64,000 nucleotides of DNA from Octopus vulgaris (taxonomy: Eukaryota), in NCBI GenBank assembly GCA_951406725.2, contig OX597825.1, positions 34,348,001-34,412,000 of the forward strand. Direction: 5' to 3'. Positions 62,301 through 64,000 of this stretch are shown here, piece after piece. The position numbers and the translations under genes are program-made. Every line of letters starts with the position of its first letter. The stretch's first letter is position 1. The notes below the pieces were generated by a model. That model was not told where the DNA came from, made no database searches, and saw only the letters and a program-made list of their open reading frames with translations.

Positions 62301-63557
62301 CCATCAGGTGTCATATCCTTGGTTGCAAAGATAGCACCTTCCCAGATTTGAACAGAACTTGTATTCCTAAACAATGGTAAAATAAATAATTGCTTTATGA
62401 AACCATTTAAAAATCTATAAATTATAAATGTTTAAAAGTAGTTATCTTCAAAGTGAGAACAGTGGTAAAAAAAAAATAACTATCAAGATTGATTGGAATT
62501 TGTCAGTCAGGCAGATTGTGGGAAGCAGAAAAACTTCCTTCATTCAAAAGTAGATAGAGAAATTAAGCTACAGTGCTATCAAAAATACAAGAACCCTTTA
62601 TTCAGTAAATGCTAGCAGTGGAGAAGCCAAGCTGCAAAATGATTTAACCTTTTAGCCTTCAGATTAATTTGTCAAATGTAATATTCAAATTGGCTTTTTG
62701 AGTTAATCGTGCATTATCTCGTAGCCTCAAGATTCTGATGATATGATTTATTTTTAGAATGACATGTGAAAGACTGGCTCTGGCCAGTTTGAACATCTAT
62801 CTATCTATCCGCTCAGTCGAAGTCGACTCTCGGTTACTCGTTGGATCAGTGTCCTCCGGTCAGTTCTATTCTGGGCCACTTCTTTCAGACTGGCTATGTC
62901 CATTCCGGTATCACTCTTGATGGTGTCAAGCCAGCGGGTTCTTGGTCGGCCTCTTCCTCTCTTGCCTCTGACCATTCCAAGCATGATGTCCTTCTCCAGG
63001 GATTTTCTCCGCATAATATGACCGAAATATGCCAATCTATGCTTGGTGATCCTAGTTTCTAGCAACATTTTCGGCCTGATCTGCTTAAGAACTTCTCTAT
63101 TGGTGAGCCTCGCTGTCCATGGAATCCATAAAAGTCTTCAACACCAAAGCTCGAATGCATTAATTCTCTTCTGGTCAGCTTTCTTTAGTGTCCAAGTCTC
63201 GCATCCATATGTTGCTATTGGGAAGACAATTGCATTCACTAATCTGCATTTGGTAGCAAGTCTGATGTTTCTACTCTTCCAGACCCTGCTCATGCTGACC
63301 ATTGCCTCTCTGCCTAGTACTATCCGCCGTCTTATTTCTGGAGTGCAGTCACCATCTCGATTTATTTTTGAACATAAAACAGGATATTTGGGCCAGATGT
63401 GGCCAGTTTAAATGCTAAAGGATTAAAAATAACATTTACCTGCTTCTCGAGGTCCATTATACTCTTCAGAAAATTCTCCTTTCCGGAAAATTTTTAAAGT
63501 AGGATACCCTGATACCCCATACTCCTGGCAGGTGTTTGACTCAGCAGTACAATCAAC
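43761..63557 (-). CDS. PDIA3: Protein disulfide-isomerase A3 (ERp57), 5'-partial; 11 coding exons in window, 1260 nt = 419 aa + stop
   Basis: Eleven GT-AG exons chain in phase. Motifs VDCT...[47 protein letters not shown] and a basic C-terminal tail ending KKEL are characteristic of ERp57. The signal peptide and first CGHC exons are outside the window. Confidence 0.96.
44097..44154 (-). CDS. PDIA3: PDIA3 exon (58 nt): (G)[19 protein letters not shown]
   Basis: tag acceptor, gtaagt donor, phase 2-0; cis-Pro motif GFPTI. Confidence 0.95.
44785..45370 (-). mobile_element. RTE LINE 3' end/UTR with hairpin units, in a PDIA3 intron
   Basis: Reverse complement of 10700-11285. Confidence 0.85.
45982..46061 (-). 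CDS. PDIA3: PDIA3 exon (80 nt): [26 protein letters not shown]
   Basis: tag acceptor, gtaagt donor, phase 0-2. Confidence 0.95.
47438..47525. other. 88-nt hairpin (37-bp stem, 2 mismatches, 14-nt loop) in a PDIA3 intron
   Basis: Arms 47438-47474 and 47489-47525 paired by hand: 35 of 37 Watson-Crick. Confidence 0.9.
47525..48130 (-). mobile_element. Possible old non-autonomous Helitron
   Basis: Minus strand begins A|TCTAGTATAATAAA...tgtgtcagtgtgtc, like the 39319 head; 3' CTAG end not clearly preserved. Confidence 0.35.
48328..48456 (-). CDS. PDIA3: PDIA3 exon (129 nt): [43 protein letters not shown]
   Basis: tag acceptor, gtaagt donor, phase 0-0; a' active site WCGHC. Confidence 0.97.
48744..48846 (-). 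CDS. PDIA3: PDIA3 exon (103 nt): (S)[34 protein letters not shown]
   Basis: cag acceptor, gtaaca donor, phase 2-0; x-linker YLKSE. Confidence 0.94.
49545..50663. mobile_element. Kolobok-type non-autonomous DNA transposon with a nested SINE (about 49775-50138, minus)
   Basis: TTAA TSDs at 49541-44 and 50664-67; GG-starting TIR ggctaccattggttttat, imperfectly extending about 100 bp. Confidence 0.8.
50680..51335 (+). mobile_element. Tc1/mariner-superfamily (maT-like) deletion derivative
   Basis: [35 protein letters not shown]. Confidence 0.8.
51724..51906 (-). CDS. PDIA3: PDIA3 exon (183 nt): (R)[60 protein letters not shown]
   Basis: tag acceptor, gtatgg donor, phase 2-2; overlaps ORF 51657..51902. 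Confidence 0.95.
52208..53345 (+). mobile_element. Decayed Tc1/mariner-superfamily (maT-like) transposon
   Basis: [52 protein letters not shown]. Confidence 0.8.
53863..54077 (-). mobile_element. Meta-domain SINE with 10-bp TSD
   Basis: tgtataatat at 53853-53862 and 54078-54087. Confidence 0.87.
54744..54866 (-). CDS. PDIA3: PDIA3 exon (123 nt): (S)[40 protein letters not shown]
   Basis: cag acceptor, gtaaat donor, phase 2-2; b' domain KGTNYWRNR signature. Confidence 0.95.
56031..56144 (-). CDS. PDIA3: PDIA3 exon (114 nt): (D)[37 protein letters not shown]
   Basis: polypyrimidine tract + tag acceptor, gtatgt donor, phase 2-2. Confidence 0.93.
56707..56830 (-). CDS. PDIA3: PDIA3 exon (124 nt): (G)[40 protein letters not shown]
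   Basis: cag acceptor, gtaagt donor, phase 1-2; b domain FKFAHT motif. Confidence 0.93.
58040..58420 (-). mobile_element. CORE-like tRNA SINE; further partial minus-strand copies at about 46920-47070, 51365-51515, 59580-59735 and 60320-60380
   Basis: Shared ttctttcagtttcc.tctaccaaatccactcacaaggctttgg...gaagacacttgccc body. Confidence 0.85.
59945..60052 (-). CDS. PDIA3: PDIA3 exon (108 nt): (D)[35 protein letters not shown]
   Basis: cag acceptor, gtaagg donor, phase 1-1. Confidence 0.93.
62648..63422. mobile_element. piggyBac-type MITE split by an RTE insertion
   Basis: TTAA at 62644-47 and 63423-26; TIR CCTTTTAGC.TT / AATGCTAAAGGA. Confidence 0.7.
62797..63366 (-). mobile_element. 5'-truncated RTE LINE 3' fragment with (TAGA)n tail and 9-bp TSD
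   Basis: [35 protein letters not shown]; TSD tttgaacat at 62788-96 and 63367-75. Confidence 0.92.
63440..63557 (-). CDS. PDIA3: PDIA3 exon (118 nt): [39 protein letters not shown]
   Basis: tag acceptor, gtaaat donor, phase 0-1; C-terminal half of thioredoxin a domain. Confidence 0.95.
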
Positions 63558-63660
63558 CTAGATAAATGATATAATAAAGCACATATTCAACTACTAAATT
63601 TTATTCTTTATTTTCCTTTGTTCATGTTATGGTTTATACTAAATGTTAAATAGGATCAAG

Positions 63661-64000
63661 ATAGCCAGTACCGCATCGACTGGCCTCCGTGCTGTGGGCA
63701 CGTAACAAACACCATCCGATCGTGGCCGTTCGCCAGCCTCATCTGGCACCTGTGTCGGTGGCACATAAAAACACCATCTGAGCGTGGCCGTCTGCCAGCC
63801 TCGTCTGGCACTGTGTCGGTGGCACATAAAAAAAAAAAAAAACACCATCCGAGTGTGGCCGTTCGCCAGCCTCATCTGGCACCTGTGTCGGTGGCACATA
63901 AAAACACCATCTGAGCGTGGCCGTCTGCCAGCCTCGTCTGGCACTGTGTCGGTGGCACATAAAAAAAAAAAAAACACCATCCGAGCGTGGCCGTTCGCCA
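63661..64000 (+). repeat. Tandem array of 62-71-bp double-hairpin units (RTE 3'-UTR type), higher-order AB dimer; runs off the window
   Basis: CACCATC anchors at 63710, 63772, 63843, 63905 and 63975. Confidence 0.92.

Overview
AT-rich, microsatellite-dense eukaryotic DNA. The repeat landscape (tRNA/CORE-type SINEs, Meta-domain SINEs, RTE LINEs with (GAT)n tails) points to an octopus/cephalopod genome; this is an inference. The right third holds the last 11 coding exons of a protein disulfide-isomerase A3 (ERp57) gene on the minus strand (63557-43761). All splice phases chain into a 419-aa open frame ending in KKEL; the 5' exons lie beyond the window. The left two thirds are mostly decayed mobile elements: RTE and R4/Dong LINEs, Penelope-like pieces, a two-LTR Gypsy element with deleted gag, a Mag-type Gypsy relic, and Tigger, mariner and Helitron derivatives. 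Further mariner relics and Kolobok/piggyBac MITEs sit in PDIA3 introns. Hidden among the left-hand repeats, and only partly visible in the ORF track, are minus-strand exons that splice in phase into a small secreted, cysteine-containing PLAT/LH2-like protein (signal exon 26777-26732, 15-nt micro-exon 22915-22901, domain exon 15374-15118), with traces of a decayed duplicate. Several minimal type-I hammerhead ribozyme motifs also occur, one inside a 592-bp head-to-tail unit and one behind a tRNA-derived head. There are structured tandem hairpin repeats and a pre-miRNA-sized intronic hairpin. All calls were made by eye; no database search was run.
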